Counted from the first letter of the whole stretch, positions 1 to 14,142 are shown. The stretch is DNA of 63,089 nucleotides, filler included, from Kipferlia bialata (GCA_003568945.1; 6 parts of 6 records of this genome joined end to end with filler, not necessarily neighbours in it), one strand, 5' to 3'. Notes: generated by a model from the sequence alone, not told the origin. Made by a program: numbers and translations.

Positions 1-3000
1 ATATGTATTATTATATGCCACACTGGTGACCCGGAGGGTCACGCCGCACTAGTATTACCAAATGGTAGAGTGCAACGAGGTATATATATATATAGATAGA
101 TAGGTAGGTTTATACCTCAGTAGATGCCCACTTGTTGGTCATGACAGGATAGTCAGAGGGTACAGAGGGTTACAGGTATATACATATACATATACACACA
201 TACAATTGAATACAATTTCAGTTTCAATTGTATACATGTGATTGTGTGAACATATGAGATGTTTATATACAGAGGGGTACACCGGGATACACTATTGCTC
301 AATACCAGGTAGTGGCCGGGACATACTGCCAGCTATATATATATTTATAGTGCTCTATATACTCCATATATACTAATAATATAATAATATACCCAATAAC
401 AATCAGGGAGTGGCCAGTGCATACTGCCAGTTTCACATGTTTATATATATATATATAGTACTCTATATATTATACTCCATATATACTATATCACTATATA
501 TACTACTCTTTCCCTTTAACTGTCAGGGAGTGGCCAGTGCATACTGCCAGTTATATATATATGTGTGTATATATATAGTACTCTATATATTATACACTAT
601 ATATACCCTATAACTATCAGGGAGTGGCCAGTGCATACTGCCAGTTATATATATATATATATATGTATATAGTACTCTATATATTATACTCTATATATAC
701 TACTCTTTCCCTATAACAAAGAGATATATGTGATTGCATATATATATATATAATACTCTATATATTATACACTATATGCACCCTATAACAATCAGGGGGT
801 GGCCAGTGCATACCGCCAGTTGCAGAGAGACATGCTGGAGGGAACAGTGCAGCGAGGTATACATATATGAGACACATAGTACATACATAATAATCTACCC
901 CAATAGATACCTATATGTACATATATATGTTGCAGAGAGACATGCTGGAGGGAACAGTGCAACGAGGTAGATATATACATAGATATATACCACTGTCGTT
1001 ACATGTACAGAGCTATGTGCATACTCTCAGCTGCATAGCTCTACTATTCCATTTAGCCTTTCTATGATGGTAGTGTTCAGCGAGGTATGTCTTCCTCTGT
1101 CTCAATCAATTCTGAACACAGTCTATTCCCTTTATCCCTATAGGTCCATTAACCAAACCATAGGCACTGGCTCCAGTCATAGACAGTTCTCTCTCTCTCT
1201 CTAGATCCCTATTCTGACTTCAGGTTCTTCATCTCTGGCTCCAGTCATTGATAGGGCAATCAGGTATTTTAGAAACTATTGTTTCACGCTCTAGTAATTA
1301 GTATGAATACATTACAGCATCTGTTACTCTATAGTAGCGTGCCAAGGATATATACTATATATACTATATACTATATATACTATATACACTTCAGTCCTAG
1401 ACAGGGCAATCAGGTAAGAGGTCTTGGACACGTTCACCAGTTGATTTACCTCACTTCACCTCCATAGGGTTACGTACTTAAGTGTAAACATATAGAGTGT
1501 AATCTATATATACTCCACCTACCTAGCATTGCTAGGTTGGTACTGTCGAGGTTACTCTCTCTTTCTGTTTAGACCCTTAACCTGTCGACCACCTGATATG
1601 TATATGATATAGGACATTTGAAAAATATAATAAATATTATATATATGACTTATCCAATGTACTCTCACCCTAGCATTGTCCAGGAGACAGATCGCTATCA
1701 CGTACTTCTGATCCTCTCAGGTAACCATCGTTATTCTCATGCTCTATTATTACATTTACTATTACATTATATAATTCATAATATACATTCTTATCTTAAG
1801 CCTCTCAGGTACCTACCTCCCTCTTCATACTACCAGTACTTAACTTGTATGCAATCCGGCAATATGCACTAAGTTTAGTCTGAGATGGTAGTATATATTC
1901 CTATACACTTCTACCTATACCTGTATTCACTCTCATACCAGCCGGTGCCACCTGTGACGTTGATAATAGTATACAAGTGTTGATATATAGTATAATACTA
2001 TAAACTATATAGAATACACTCTAAATACTTATGTATTCTTAACCATCAGCCGGTGCCTCCTGTGACGTTGATGAGGTCATACATGCATACAAATGTTGAT
2101 ATATAGTATACTATATACTATTTATATATATACTATTAATAGTATATACTAATAATATATACTATTAACATTGCAGCCGGTGCCACCTGTGACGTTGATG
2201 CAGACATCGCTGTATGTATATATATATATATATATATCCATCTTACACATACTATATACATATATTATGTTTATAGTTATGTATATAGCCCTCACACCAG
2301 CCGGTGTCACCTGTGACGTTGATGCAGACATAGCTGCACTGGAGAGAGCCACCAGTGTCCCTTTGAGTGTATTGGTGGTATGTCTCGTGTGATAGCATAC
2401 CCTAATAGTATACCCTAGCATATGGTACCTAGTTCGAGAGTGTCCCCTTGAGTGTCTTTGTGGGACGCAGAAGTAAATGTACATATATGTACTTTTACAT
2501 TAGGGTAACCCGCTAATTTATTAAGCTATTATATATATATGTGTGTGTGTGTGTATACCAACCTTATCCTTATGCACAGGTACCTATCGGCTTCTCTGTG
2601 CCTCAGGGAGAGTGTGCCTTCCCAGTGCTGGAGAGAGACATACCAAGGTATCTATTAGTGTCTATTTGTATCAGTATGCATACTGATACCAAGGGGAGAT
2701 ACCCAGGTATCAGTATCAATATCAATATCAGTATCTATCAGTAACTGTATCAGTGTCTATTAGCAGTATCAGTATCTATTAGAATACAATATTATATATA
2801 CATGTATACTGATACCAAGGAGACTGTCCAGGAGGGCTAGGCACCATTACATGTGCAGACCTCTTCGATGGGTGCGTCCTCTCCCCCTCTCTCTCTCTGT
2901 CTCTCTATGTATATATATTTACGTGAGATTTTCACTTTCTTTTTGCACTTCAAGTCTTTCGCCGATGTATATATACTGCTTGAGCAGATCTTTACAGTGG

Positions 3001-3982
3001 GTGCGTGTACATATATGTCTTTTCCACACTATTTCAGAGAACTGGGTACATGGGGTTATCAGTCAGATTCTCATTGTATGATCTATATGTATACATATAT
3101 ATGAATCATATATCATAGCGATACATAATGTTTCGTTCATTATAACCTTTAGTTTATGAAATGTATATGTATGACACCAGATCGAGGACTCTGGGTCACG
3201 CTTCGTGCCACCAAGGTTCTATTACTCAGGTATATCTCTCTATATATCTATCAATCCCGAGTTTACTGTTCTGATGATCTACTATGTACTCACTATCTCA
3301 CACATTAGTAATATTCTATGTGTTCTCTGTGTACATATATATACACACTGTACATTGGTCTACACATCTGATCCATAGACCACCAAGGACTGCTGGGTTC
3401 ACTGTCCGAGGGTCTCTGTGCACAGCATAAGGTAAATAGATATAGAATCTATATTTCTATTACATTGTTTATTCGAGACGCAATTGGAATGACCTATAGT
3501 GCAATCTCTATCTTGCTAGGTATCCGAATACTGGCTACTGTCTAAGAGTCTGTGTGCACAGGATAAGGTATGTATATATATATATATATGTATACACACA
3601 TAATATATATTTAAATTAATTATATTTATTGTCTGTATATATCTGCACTGTCAGATAGTCTGTGTGCACAGCATAAGGTATGTGATCTGTAGATACATAC
3701 TATATATGGATATCAATCAATTGCAGTCCCCCTTGCTATGTATCGGAATGAATATATCCTGGCCACTGTCTATGTATATATTCAGCACGATATACATATT
3801 CATATGTATATTTAAGTCTAGAGTAAATGCAATAATAGTTATATATTAACTGCCTCTCTTACTGTCAGAAGATGTTTGTATATATACATTTATCTAGTAT
3901 TGTATTTGTATCTAATTATTCCATTTACTGCCTCTCTCACTGTCAGAAGATGAAGTCACGGCACTTGATCAACAGCCAGTGA
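1..3982 (+). CDS. Copine/RGLG-like vWA-domain protein, divergent, 5'-truncated, multi-exon
   Basis: Exons 796-856, 1224-1263, 1674-1720, 2301-2377 and 2580-2647 join in phase: GVASAYRQLQRDMLEGTVQR-GSSSLAPVIDRAISIVQETDRYHVLLILS-AGVTCDVDADIAALERATSVPLSVLV-VPIG. This matches the copine/RGLG pattern GPTSFAPII..AI.IV....YHVLLII.DG.V...I..AS..PLSI..VGVG. Last exon 3947-3982 reads KMKSRHLINSQ*. Exons between 2650 and 3430 are less certain. Confidence 0.75.
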
Positions 3983-4592
3983 GAGAGAGATAGAGAGAGA
4001 GAGAGATTGAATGTGAGATAGTGAGAGAGAGGACTCTGTAACACAAGCCGATCTTTGAGAATACTATTTTCGAAGTAGTACAAAGTCAGAGTACCTCTCG
4101 AAATAGAGTATAGTTGTGGACACTTAATATCTAAGGGATCTTACATGTCCACTACTGAGTACTATACTACTGCTATATGACTTCTCTCAGTCGTACATCT
4201 TACAATATCTGTAGAGTAACTCTACTAGAGTTACTAGTCCGTCGGCCATACTAATAAGAAGTATTGTTGGTGCCATCAGATAGATATTCATTGTATACAT
4301 ATCTATCGCAAAGCAGAAGCCGGGTTTCTCGTTGTGTCCTTGTTGGTGCCGTCTGATAGATGTACGGCAGAAGGTGGGTTTCTTGTTGTGTGCTGTCTTT
4401 CGAATTAGATCTGTGCGGAACACTGCATAGTGAGTGTATACTATACAGTACAGGAGTGTGCCCCTGGGGTTGAGATTCTCAACTGTAGAGACAAGATACC
4501 CTCACAGATATGGGCCACCTGTCCCCCATATCTCCCCTTCAGGAGAGTAGATACCCTTGCTATAACAGCAAGTAGAGTGTGCTGAAAACACA

Positions 4593-5947
4593 ATGGTACC
4601 TAAGTGTTACCGAGAGCTGTCACGACAAGTGGTGAAGGAGAGAGAGAGGCCTCAGATGCTCTTCCCCATAGGAGGAAACAGTGCCATTGCATATCAACCC
4701 TCTTATGAGGGATGTCGGCACAGGTACATATTTATAGCAACACACAACAACATGTAGAGAATATACCCTTACCCAGGATGCAGATACTGAGCGTAGTCTC
4801 AGATGGGACTGTAGAGAGGACTGACATCCAAGTGCCACTCTGGGGTGATACACAACCCTATCACGTTACCATAGTTCCATCGGAGTTTGGTGAGGTATGT
4901 GGATAGTATCTCTCTCTCATTAAGCTTGTTATGAATCTTCTTTCTCTCAGATTGTTCTGTGTAAAGTTCTCACATGGCCAAGTGTAATTCAAGCTGTCAT
5001 AAGGCAAAGAAACACCCAAGGTATATATGTCCAATGACACCCTAGGTATATGTACTTGTCACCCGGTCAGAGAGTATTTCAGGGGCCGGAGGAGCCATCG
5101 TTGGGACAGCATATGCGTGGACGAGTCTGTGGATATTGGCACTGGATACATTAGTCTGGAGGCAGGTGCAGTACAAGGAAGAGGACCTATGGCCTAGCGG
5201 CAGGGTCTACCCATCTTGTGGTGTGATTGACGGTCGTCTCATCTTAGTAGGTAAGGTTTCAAACACGTTTAGAAAACGCATATGCTCGTCTTCAGAGACT
5301 CTATATCACTCTTAACCTGTGTACACCACTAGTAATACCAGTGTATATTATATATACTAGTCTAGTATATCATGATTACTATTGCATAACCATTATCATG
5401 TCTTTCCCTAATACCAGGAGGGGTTAGTGGGGAAAAAATTGTACCAACCGAAACTGGAGGACAGAGATACATACAAACCCATGCGTCAGACTGTTGGACT
5501 ATGGATACTGAGACTCTGCAATGGGAGAGACTCTCTAACCTTGGCTTACAGTCCACACCACCTGGAGTACCAGTGGCAATACGGGACACACTGTACTGGA
5601 TCGGCAACACAGAAGCCGTCACATATTCTACACGATGTGGTTTCCGCACAGAACAGACATACACTAGTGGTCGTAGTATGTATTGCGGACCTCAGTGGAC
5701 ACCGAGTGATGTCATTGGCATGATGCAAACCAATGACGACATAGGATCAATAACAATGTCAGTATTTGATACCCTCTCTCTCTTCCACACTGCTACAATG
5801 CCGATTGAGCTACAGGACGACGATAGTAATTACTGGTTAAGTGACGTTTGCATGGTCAACCCATACATAATGTTGCTGTTGCACAATGATGCTCTAGTAG
5901 TGGCCGAGATTGAAAATGACATTATGCCAATAGACAAGTGTCTCTAG
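4593..5947 (+). CDS. Kelch-repeat (beta-propeller) protein, 4 exons
   Basis: Exons ~4593-4723, 4777-4895, 5047-5250 and 5418-5947 join in phase. Kelch-type segments: LWILALDTLVWRQV..WPSGR..SCGVIDGRLILVGG and DCWTMDTETLQWERL. Confidence 0.75.
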
Positions 5948-6191
5948 TAGACTCCATATCCCCAGTATAACGGCCTTTTTCTCTCTGACTCTGAAGCTAA
6001 GTATATGCATAATTAGGACTGGATATTGAAGTATTGGGCCTAGTGGTACCATCGTGCGAAGACTTATCAGTGGGAGCAGGAGTTTGAAACTGGATCCACA
6101 GATATATCCCACATCCCATAGGTTGACATTGACAGCAAGAGAGTATATTCATACTCATATCTGAATGGAAACTGATTCTATTCCACTTCTA

Positions 6192-7967
6192 TCACTCTGT
6201 TAACTTCGCATCCTCCACAGACCTCGCCCTAAAGCGCCTCAGCATTGTCTCATGTGCCACCCGTCTCCACTTGATACAAGGCCCGAAGATCTCTCTGAAC
6301 CTATTGGTGAGAAGTGAACCAATACATTGATGACTGTCGATCAATCCTGCTGCCAGTGCCTTGTGGCCTATACATATACTGATCTCTCTCTCTCTCTCTC
6401 TCCAGTCATATATGCGAACGTACGAATTTATGCATGCATATATACCTCGTACCTTCCACCTCAATGGGCTTCCCCCTGAGCTCCTTCTCTCTCTCTCTTT
6501 CCCTTTCTCTGTACGTATACATATATACATACATATAACATATATATAACATATATACATATATATACCTCATGGCTTCCACCTCAATGGGCATCCCCCT
6601 GAGTTCCTTCTCTCTCTCTCCTTCCCTCTCTTTGTACGCATATACATGTATATACATACATATATACACAAATATACACACGTAGTACCTCATTGCTTCC
6701 ACCTCTATGGGCTTCCCTCTGAGCTCCTTCTCCTCCCTAACAGACACACGTGCGCACTCAACGTCTTCCTGGGGTTAGGTTATTAGCAATATTAATACCA
6801 ATAGTCTAATACGACACAGTGTGTGGGTAAATACAATATGTAGAATATACATGTATAGTCTATACATTGTATAGATGACGTGCAGGGCATGTCGTCTTAT
6901 GGATGAAGGCAGAGAAGACTACTGGTATACACTGATATATATACTGGTATGTACTGATATAACCAGAGACTATGTCGCAGTATATACTGAATAATACATA
7001 CACATACCGGTGTCATAATCTCCAGAGCCACAGCCCTGCGTTCTAGGGCATAGAGACACTCCCTAAGAGGTTAGATGGGGAGGGAGAGAGGGAAAAGGAC
7101 AACAGAATGTATGAAGGGCAAGACATTGAGTTACACAGACGAGTGGATGGCAATACCAGTGGTACTCAGTGAGTATACTACTCACTGTGTATATATATGT
7201 TTGTGTGTATGAGATGCAGACACAGGGTGGATTCGATACAATTAATATTAATCACCTGCTGCCGTCCCTCTGGAGACACAGCTGTCAACATATATACAAG
7301 TATATATTAGAAGATGTGTATATACACTGTATATTATACAGCATACACACATACACCTGCTGCTGAGCCGTACCTCCAGTATCACACACATATATATAGT
7401 AATTTAAGAGAGACCTTGGGTCTCGGTAGAACTATATACTATATTCTATATACTATCTATATACGGTATATACTATATACCTGCTGTTGAGTCTCTGGAG
7501 TGCAGGACAGTCCAATAGCTCCCCCAGCATATCATGTACATATGTGAACTCCTCCTTGGTGAGGGGGATGGCAGGGTGCTTGCCCAGGGAGAGGTTACAG
7601 AGCCTGAGGTTAGAGTGTAGAAGTGAGTATGTATAAGAACTATATATATATTATTGAGATTACCATGTATATGAGTAATTAGGTTACACAACCTGAGGGG
7701 AGAAGTAATGTAAGACAATCCATGTTTATGCCCAGCATGGGTCTAACTCGGAGATATATGGACCATCACATTCACTTGGATAATACGATATACAATACAA
7801 TACAACAATGACACGTACATGGCCGCAGAGTGCATCTCGACAAGGATGACGACCACATTATCGTAGTCCCCACGCTCTATAGCCTGAACGAGAGAAACTA
7901 GCAGCTCTGGCTCATCGTACTCCCCTACTGCACTCTCAAGGGGGGTGTCAGTTATGCCAGAGCTCAT
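6192..7967 (-). CDS. Hypothetical protein, multi-exon
   Basis: ATG at 7967 (MSSGITDTPLESAVGEYDEPELLVSLVQAIERGDYDNVVV). Internal exons are flanked by GT/AG (e.g. ...REEKELRGKPIEVEAM). Terminal exon HKALAAGLIDSHQCIGSLL...DAKLTE*. No family recognised. Confidence 0.55.
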
Positions 7968-8180
7968 ATAGATAATAGATAACGCACAAAGAAGAGTTGT
8001 TGTGGCAAAGATGGACTCATCGGAGAGAAACCGGAGTTTTTTGTTGACCCTTACGCCAAAAGGGTCCAGGAAATCAACCGTATTAACGTTCGTGACACCG
8101 TTGGTACATTCAGTGCCAGGGCACCTGGTGTAGTGCCTCTCTCTCTCTCTCTACCCGACACACAAACAGTTAGAACAACA

Positions 8181-8903
8181 ATGGGAGTATTCTCTTCTGA
8201 CGGCACAGTCTCTGTAGAGTGGGACAGAGAGAAGCCACTCTTTACGGCAGGTACGCGTAATTGGATATTGATTGGTTGTTGATTGGTTAGTTGAACGTCA
8301 GACACATGAGTGCACTCCCCATATACCTCTATACCATACCTGATGCTTTTCATATGTGGTGTCATATGAGTTCTAACTCTGATGAAGCATACTTCTGGGA
8401 AGCTGAGATGTTGTATACTCTGCTCTTCCCCCCCCCCCCCCCCCTAGTGTGGGAGTAGGGGGGTGGTGGAAGAGCAAGAGGGGGCATTACTCTCTTCTAT
8501 TCTCTGTATCTGAATATCATCCTTCTTAACCTCAGGCGACACCATCCGTGCCACTGTGACATACATCCCCAAGAAGGACATGACAATCAGAGGGTGTGTG
8601 CTACAACCTTCGTCTCCCCCCCTACTCACTCACTCTCTCTCTCTCTCTCAATCACACACATGACATACATACCCAAGAAGGACAAGACAATCATATATCA
8701 TATATTGATGATACACTATACTAGTAATTTGTCTATATCTTACAGTGTAATGTACCCAAGAAGGACATGGCTGTCAGAGGGTATGTGTTACAACACTCCT
8801 CTCTCTCTCCCCCTAACCACTCCCTCCCTCTCTCTTTATCCTTCTCTCTCTCTCTCTCTTTAACACTTAGAGTCAGATGTGACTGGTCTGGAGCACACCT
8901 TAT

Positions 8904-8938
<35 letters not shown>

Positions 8939-10673
8939 TTGACACTTAGAGTCACTGTCCATGTGGCTGGTCTGGAGCACACCTTCTACGAGGCCCCTTT
9001 CCTAGGGTTCATGCAGCAGCACAGGTATATTTAGTGTATATATACACAAACATATATATATATATGTGTGTGTATGTATCTCTATGTTTCGAGTACTATA
9101 GTAAGTATATATATATATATATACTTGTGTATACATACACCTTCTACGAGGCCCATTTCCTGGGGTTCATGCAGCAGCACAGGTATTCATTGTAGATAAC
9201 AGATAATCAAGGTATACACTGAATACCATGAGACACTTCTCTCTCCCCCCCTCTCTCTCTGAATATGTTCAAACACACACATACATATATCTAACCCCCG
9301 TGTCCCTGTCTTTGATGAGATACTCATCTCTCTCTCCCTCTACATGTATACACAGCCAACCCCAGTGTCCCTGTCTTTGACGAGACATTTCTCTCTCTCT
9401 CTGTCACTCTTAATGTATATACACACACTATATATAAATACATCTAACCCCAGTGTCCCTGTCTTTGGTTAGAGATATCTCTCTCTCTCTCTATATATAT
9501 ATATCTAACCCCAGTGTCCCTGTCTTTGATGAGACAGTGGTGACACCAGAGATGGCAAGGGATATGCTAGGTACCGTGATTCATATACCATATATATATT
9601 CACATATATGTATATATATACATATTCATATATTGGTTCATATAGTGCTTGTTTGCGATGAGATATAGCTAGAGACATGCTGAGTACCCTGGTGTATGAT
9701 AGATATTGAGGGAATATCTGTATGTATACACATTACTATGTATATGTACTGTATACTAACCTCCAGACCTATCCTCTGCTGACTCCACCATGACTGAGGG
9801 CAACGCATACACCTCTCTCTCTCTCTTTCCCTATGAATATACACTACATATACTCTTTCCTTGTGTATATGTACTATATTCTAACCTCTAGACCTATCCT
9901 CTGCTGACTCCACCATGACTGAGGGCAAGGCATACCGGTTCCCATTCGAGGTGTGTGTATGCAGAGTATTATAGTCAGTTTGTATCTATTTAGGACATAT
10001 GATATGTAGGTATCTATATATGTCGCTATCTTTCCTCCCAGGGAGTACACACACACTATGTGTTATTATTATATATTCAGTATTACTTTTCTCATGTAGA
10101 TAGTGCTATCTTACCCCACTTTACCCTCTCTAGACTGCCCTGGTCTGTCATACACACAATATTCAATATGCAGTATACTATATACACTATTGCTATATAA
10201 TGCCATTATAACTGACTCTAGTACACCCTCCCCTGCAGACTACCCTGGTCTGTGCATCAGAAGGACCCATACTACAAGGACGGACAGTACGTGTAAACAT
10301 ATATACATATATGCTATACACAATATATAGTATCTTCATACTGTATACATAATACACTACAAGGACGGACTGTACGTGGATGTATAAATGTACTTTACAC
10401 TACATACTATGTTTATACCATATACCTCTAATCAAGCAGCAATGCCTAACACACACAACGCAGTATATGTATCAAGTATCTCTCCCATTCTCTCTCTCTC
10501 TATGCTATTACACATTTATGTATTCCCCCTCTCTCTGTGTGCGTCTCCTACCGCAGCTAGCAGGGAGCCCATACACACCAATGGGTTACTCTCTCCCTAT
10601 ATATATGTATATCATATCGATGGATACTTCTAACTCTAGCAAGCAGTGTGAGCCCATGCACACCAATGACACA

Positions 10674-10710
<37 letters not shown>

Positions 10711-11961
10711 TACCTCTAACTCTAGCAAGCAGTGTGAGCCGATGCACACCAACGGCTTCAACGCTGTGCGGTACCTGGTGTGGATCAATGTGGAGCATGG
10801 GGAGAGTACGTACATAGCACAGTGGGCTATATATACTCTATATATTCTGTATTATATGTGTATCGTATATCTGAGTCAAGTTGTCAACGTGGAGCATGGG
10901 GAGAGTACGTACATAGTGTACTATATGTACTATATATATACTGTATATATATATTTACTATATATATACTGTGTTATATGTATATCGTTACATCTAAGTC
11001 TAGTTGCTTGACGTGGAGCATGGGGAGAGTACATTTATGCGAGTTTCTCTCTCTCTCCCTCTTTCTCTCTCTCTCTCCCTCTCTCTTTCTACACCCTTAT
11101 TCCAGAAAACGAGGACCCCGTGGGTGTCCCCTTCTACATTCTGCCACCCGAGGAAGGAAGGTACAATGGTGTATAAGACTACCTAGTGTGTACGTAAATT
11201 ACTAATTACTAATAGTACTACTATATAATTATAACAATAATAGTTAATTGAATTATAGAGTATGCCTTATACTGCAGGTACCCTTCTGAAGGTGTGGCCG
11301 AGCCAGTCCCAGCACCGCTGGAGCCAGTTACAACTGAGGTACAGATATATACTATATGTATACTACGACTCTATATATACTGTCTGCTTCTTGATCCAGT
11401 CTCTCTCTCTCTCTCTCTCTACACCCTTTATTCACCCCAGGGTGGCAGTGTCCCTTTCTTCAGCAACAAGGGTACGTCAAGAACTACTTCTCTTTCTGAT
11501 ACTGATACTGAAACTGATACTGAGGGTACGTCAAGAACTACATCTCTTTCTACACACTAATACGATATTGATATTGATACTGATACTATATATACAAATA
11601 TTGAGTTATTTATACAAGGGTACGTTAAGAACTACCTCTTTTTCTACACACTAATACTATATATATTCAATCTATTGAGTTATATATACGTATATGGAGT
11701 CCATATTGTGGACACAGTATAGGCGGTACACGTTTGAAAATTGTGTTCTATGTTTTTCCATAATATATGTAGGAATCTATTTCTATTGTATTTGCCACTC
11801 TCATTATGTCTTTAAAAGAGACAAAATGAGACTGCCAACAACAGTCTACTGACAGCAAAGTCTCTATTTCTCCCTCTCTATCCCTCGCTCTCTCTCTATA
11901 TATATATAGGCATATATACGTATACACCATCTCTAACCTTCAGCCAATGTCAAGATGACTG
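8181..11961 (+). CDS. Arrestin-domain (alpha-arrestin-like) protein, 3'-truncated at linker
   Basis: Spliced sequence MGVFSSDGTVSVEWDREKPLFTA-GDTIRATVTYIPKKDMTIR-GVTVHVAGLEHT...EGKAYRFPFE..LPWS...FNAVRYLVWINV fits Arrestin_N motifs (F.AG..V.G.V, G.E.T, G...FPF.F.LP..LP.S, IRY.V). One short exon near 10030-10130 is unresolved. Confidence 0.75.
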
Positions 11962-12047
11962 GGTCTATATATATATATATATACATATATATGAATATAC
12001 ATTCATGTATAAGTATGTACATATACACCATCTCTAACATCCAGTCA

Positions 12048-12103
<56 letters not shown>

Positions 12104-12203
12104 NNNNNNNNNNNNNNNNNNNNNNNNNNNNNNNNNNNNNNNNNNNNTTAATTAATTAANNNNNNNNNNNNNNNNNNNNNNNNNNNNNNNNNNNNNNNNN
12201 NNN
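12104..12203. other. Artificial scaffold-join linker N44-TTAATTAATTAA-N44 (also at 24304-24403, 36500-36599, 48694-48793, 60885-60984)
   Basis: Five identical 100-nt blocks. TTAATTAATTAA gives stops in all six frames. Confidence 0.95.
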
Positions 12204-12255
<52 letters not shown>

Positions 12256-12263
12256 AACGCCAG

Positions 12264-13704
12264 GCCATCCTGATGCTGGAGGACGACTACATCCAGACAC
12301 ACCTCATCGAGAACAAGGTGGGTGGAGGACTGCTGTCATACCCAACAGTGTGTTCCACACTCTCATCTAAATATATATGTAGTATATGTGCCCCTCACCC
12401 CCAGGAGACTGCCATCCCCATCCTGTTCCGGTCTGTCTACCTCAACCTCAACACCCACTGGTCCAGCTGGGTCTCCTCCATATCCCAATTCGCACTCAGG
12501 TTCCTCCAGAACCTCGACTCCGACATCTATGATCAGGCACTCGACGAGTTCAAGGTATGGGCTGGCTGTTTCTAGTATTCTGACATCATTGGCAGATGTG
12601 CTACCCCACCCACTAATACATTTGTCTCTTATCCCTAGGATGTTCTAGCCAGTGAGCGCGACATGATTGAGCAGCGTGACATTGCCTGGACCACCGTGCG
12701 TGACTCTGTCTCCGAGGGCGTGTCCTCTGGCACCACCAGTCTGGCACTCATCCAGAACATAGTCAAGGCAGCCAACAGGTACAGGGTACCCTTATACATG
12801 TGCTCCTCTGTACCTATATCCCCTTCACCCCCAGGACTGTGATCCCCGACCCCCACAGACAGGTCATCGATGCCGGACTGGCCGATGCCCAGCTGTGCCC
12901 ACAGGAGGTGGGACTAGCAGTGGATATAGCTGTATACCTTATTGTGCTGTATCTCCTATGTCTCCACCCTCACCCCCAGGAGCTCGACTTCAACAAGCTC
13001 AGGGACGCCATCTGTTCAGAGTCAGAGGACAGCCAGGTACATATGTGTAGAGAGAGACAATGGGATGTTGGAGTCATTACCAATTAGTAAACCCCCTACC
13101 ATGCCTCACCCCCAGTGCTCCACCTCAGAGGACTCCTCCATGACAGAGACTGAGAGCGAGAGTGAGGCACAGTCCGTGGACTTCCAGGCCATCACAGGTA
13201 CATACAACCCTCTCACTATTGCCTGTCATTGTGTCTATTACATATACTCTTTAGATACCCCCCCCCCCTCCCTCACCCCCCCAGCCGGCATGCACCGCCT
13301 GTCCATCACTGCACCAGGGGAGGGCAGCGATGCGGAGGAGGCCGAGGTGGAGGCAGCAGAGGACCAGATGGCCGAGGAGAAGAGAGAGTTCGCATCACCA
13401 AGGTACATATTCACAGTCTCACACTTGTCTTTCTCTTCTCTCTCCCTCACCCCCAGGCTGAACCGTGTGATGTCTCTGGCCATGATCAACAGCACAGACG
13501 ACGTCACATCAGTGGCCTCTCCCCCCAGAAACGACCACGTCAGGCGCAGATCTGTCCTGCCATCTAGGGTATGTATATCTCACTCATATGTTAGTACCCT
13601 CTCTCTCTCTGTTTCTCTCTCTCTCTCTCTCCTCACCCCAGGGCGGCAGTGACGCCATGAAGAAGGCCAGGGCTGAGTTCATGAGCCCCACTGTGGTGCT
13701 GTAG
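12264..13704 (+). CDS. PPP2R5: PP2A regulatory subunit B56 (B') family, C-terminal part, 5'-truncated
   Basis: AILMLEDDYIQTHLIENK-ETAIPILFRSVYLNLNTHWSSWVSSISQFALRFLQNLDSDIYDQALDEFK parallels B56 AL..WNNEYI..LI.EN...ILPI.F..LY.N...HWN..I.....NALK.FME.....FD. The tail has RRRSVLP, like the B56 RRKS.LP site. Stop TAG at 13702-13704. Confidence 0.85.
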
Positions 13705-14142
13705 ACACAGACACAGGCCATTGTACCCTAGACAGAGGCTACTAGCAGTTGCAAGGGTGTGTGTGTGTGCCCGAGAATACCATCCAGTCCCCTTACCGGG
13801 GGCATAGCTGTTATGACACAGCAGGAGAGAGAGAGGCATTGGCAGGGACGTGGGTGGTATGGCATCAGCTGAGTCAAGGACTCAGATTTCTATTCATTAT
13901 CAACACCCATATCAGTGAGGCAGAGATAAATTGTATGTATGGTTAAACTTTTGGCAAGGTTTATTGCTGTATTGTCGCTTTTTCGGCAAGGACATAGATA
14001 CAGTATCTAAGATACCACTCCATGACAAAATACCACGTTTGTAAATAGCGTTGTCCATACTCAGATACCGAAGTGCCGCAGTATAACTAATACTATTGAA
14101 TGAACGCCTTCAGAGGCACTCCCAGATGTATGTGCCATGTAC

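Noticed and set aside
301..860. CRISPR-like periodic repeats (~25-30 nt repeat, ~100 nt period), also at 47519-47950 and 49489-49880
   Set aside because: The repeats are copies of splice acceptor plus exon start, the spacers are related microsatellite-rich intron sequence, the context is eukaryotic, and there are no cas genes.
4267..4394. Degenerate short tandem duplication and ORF 4187-4423
   Set aside because: An intergenic two-copy repeat with no coding or element hallmarks.
12148..12159. TTAATTAATTAA as a biological palindrome
   Set aside because: It is identical and centred in N runs five times, so it is an assembly linker.
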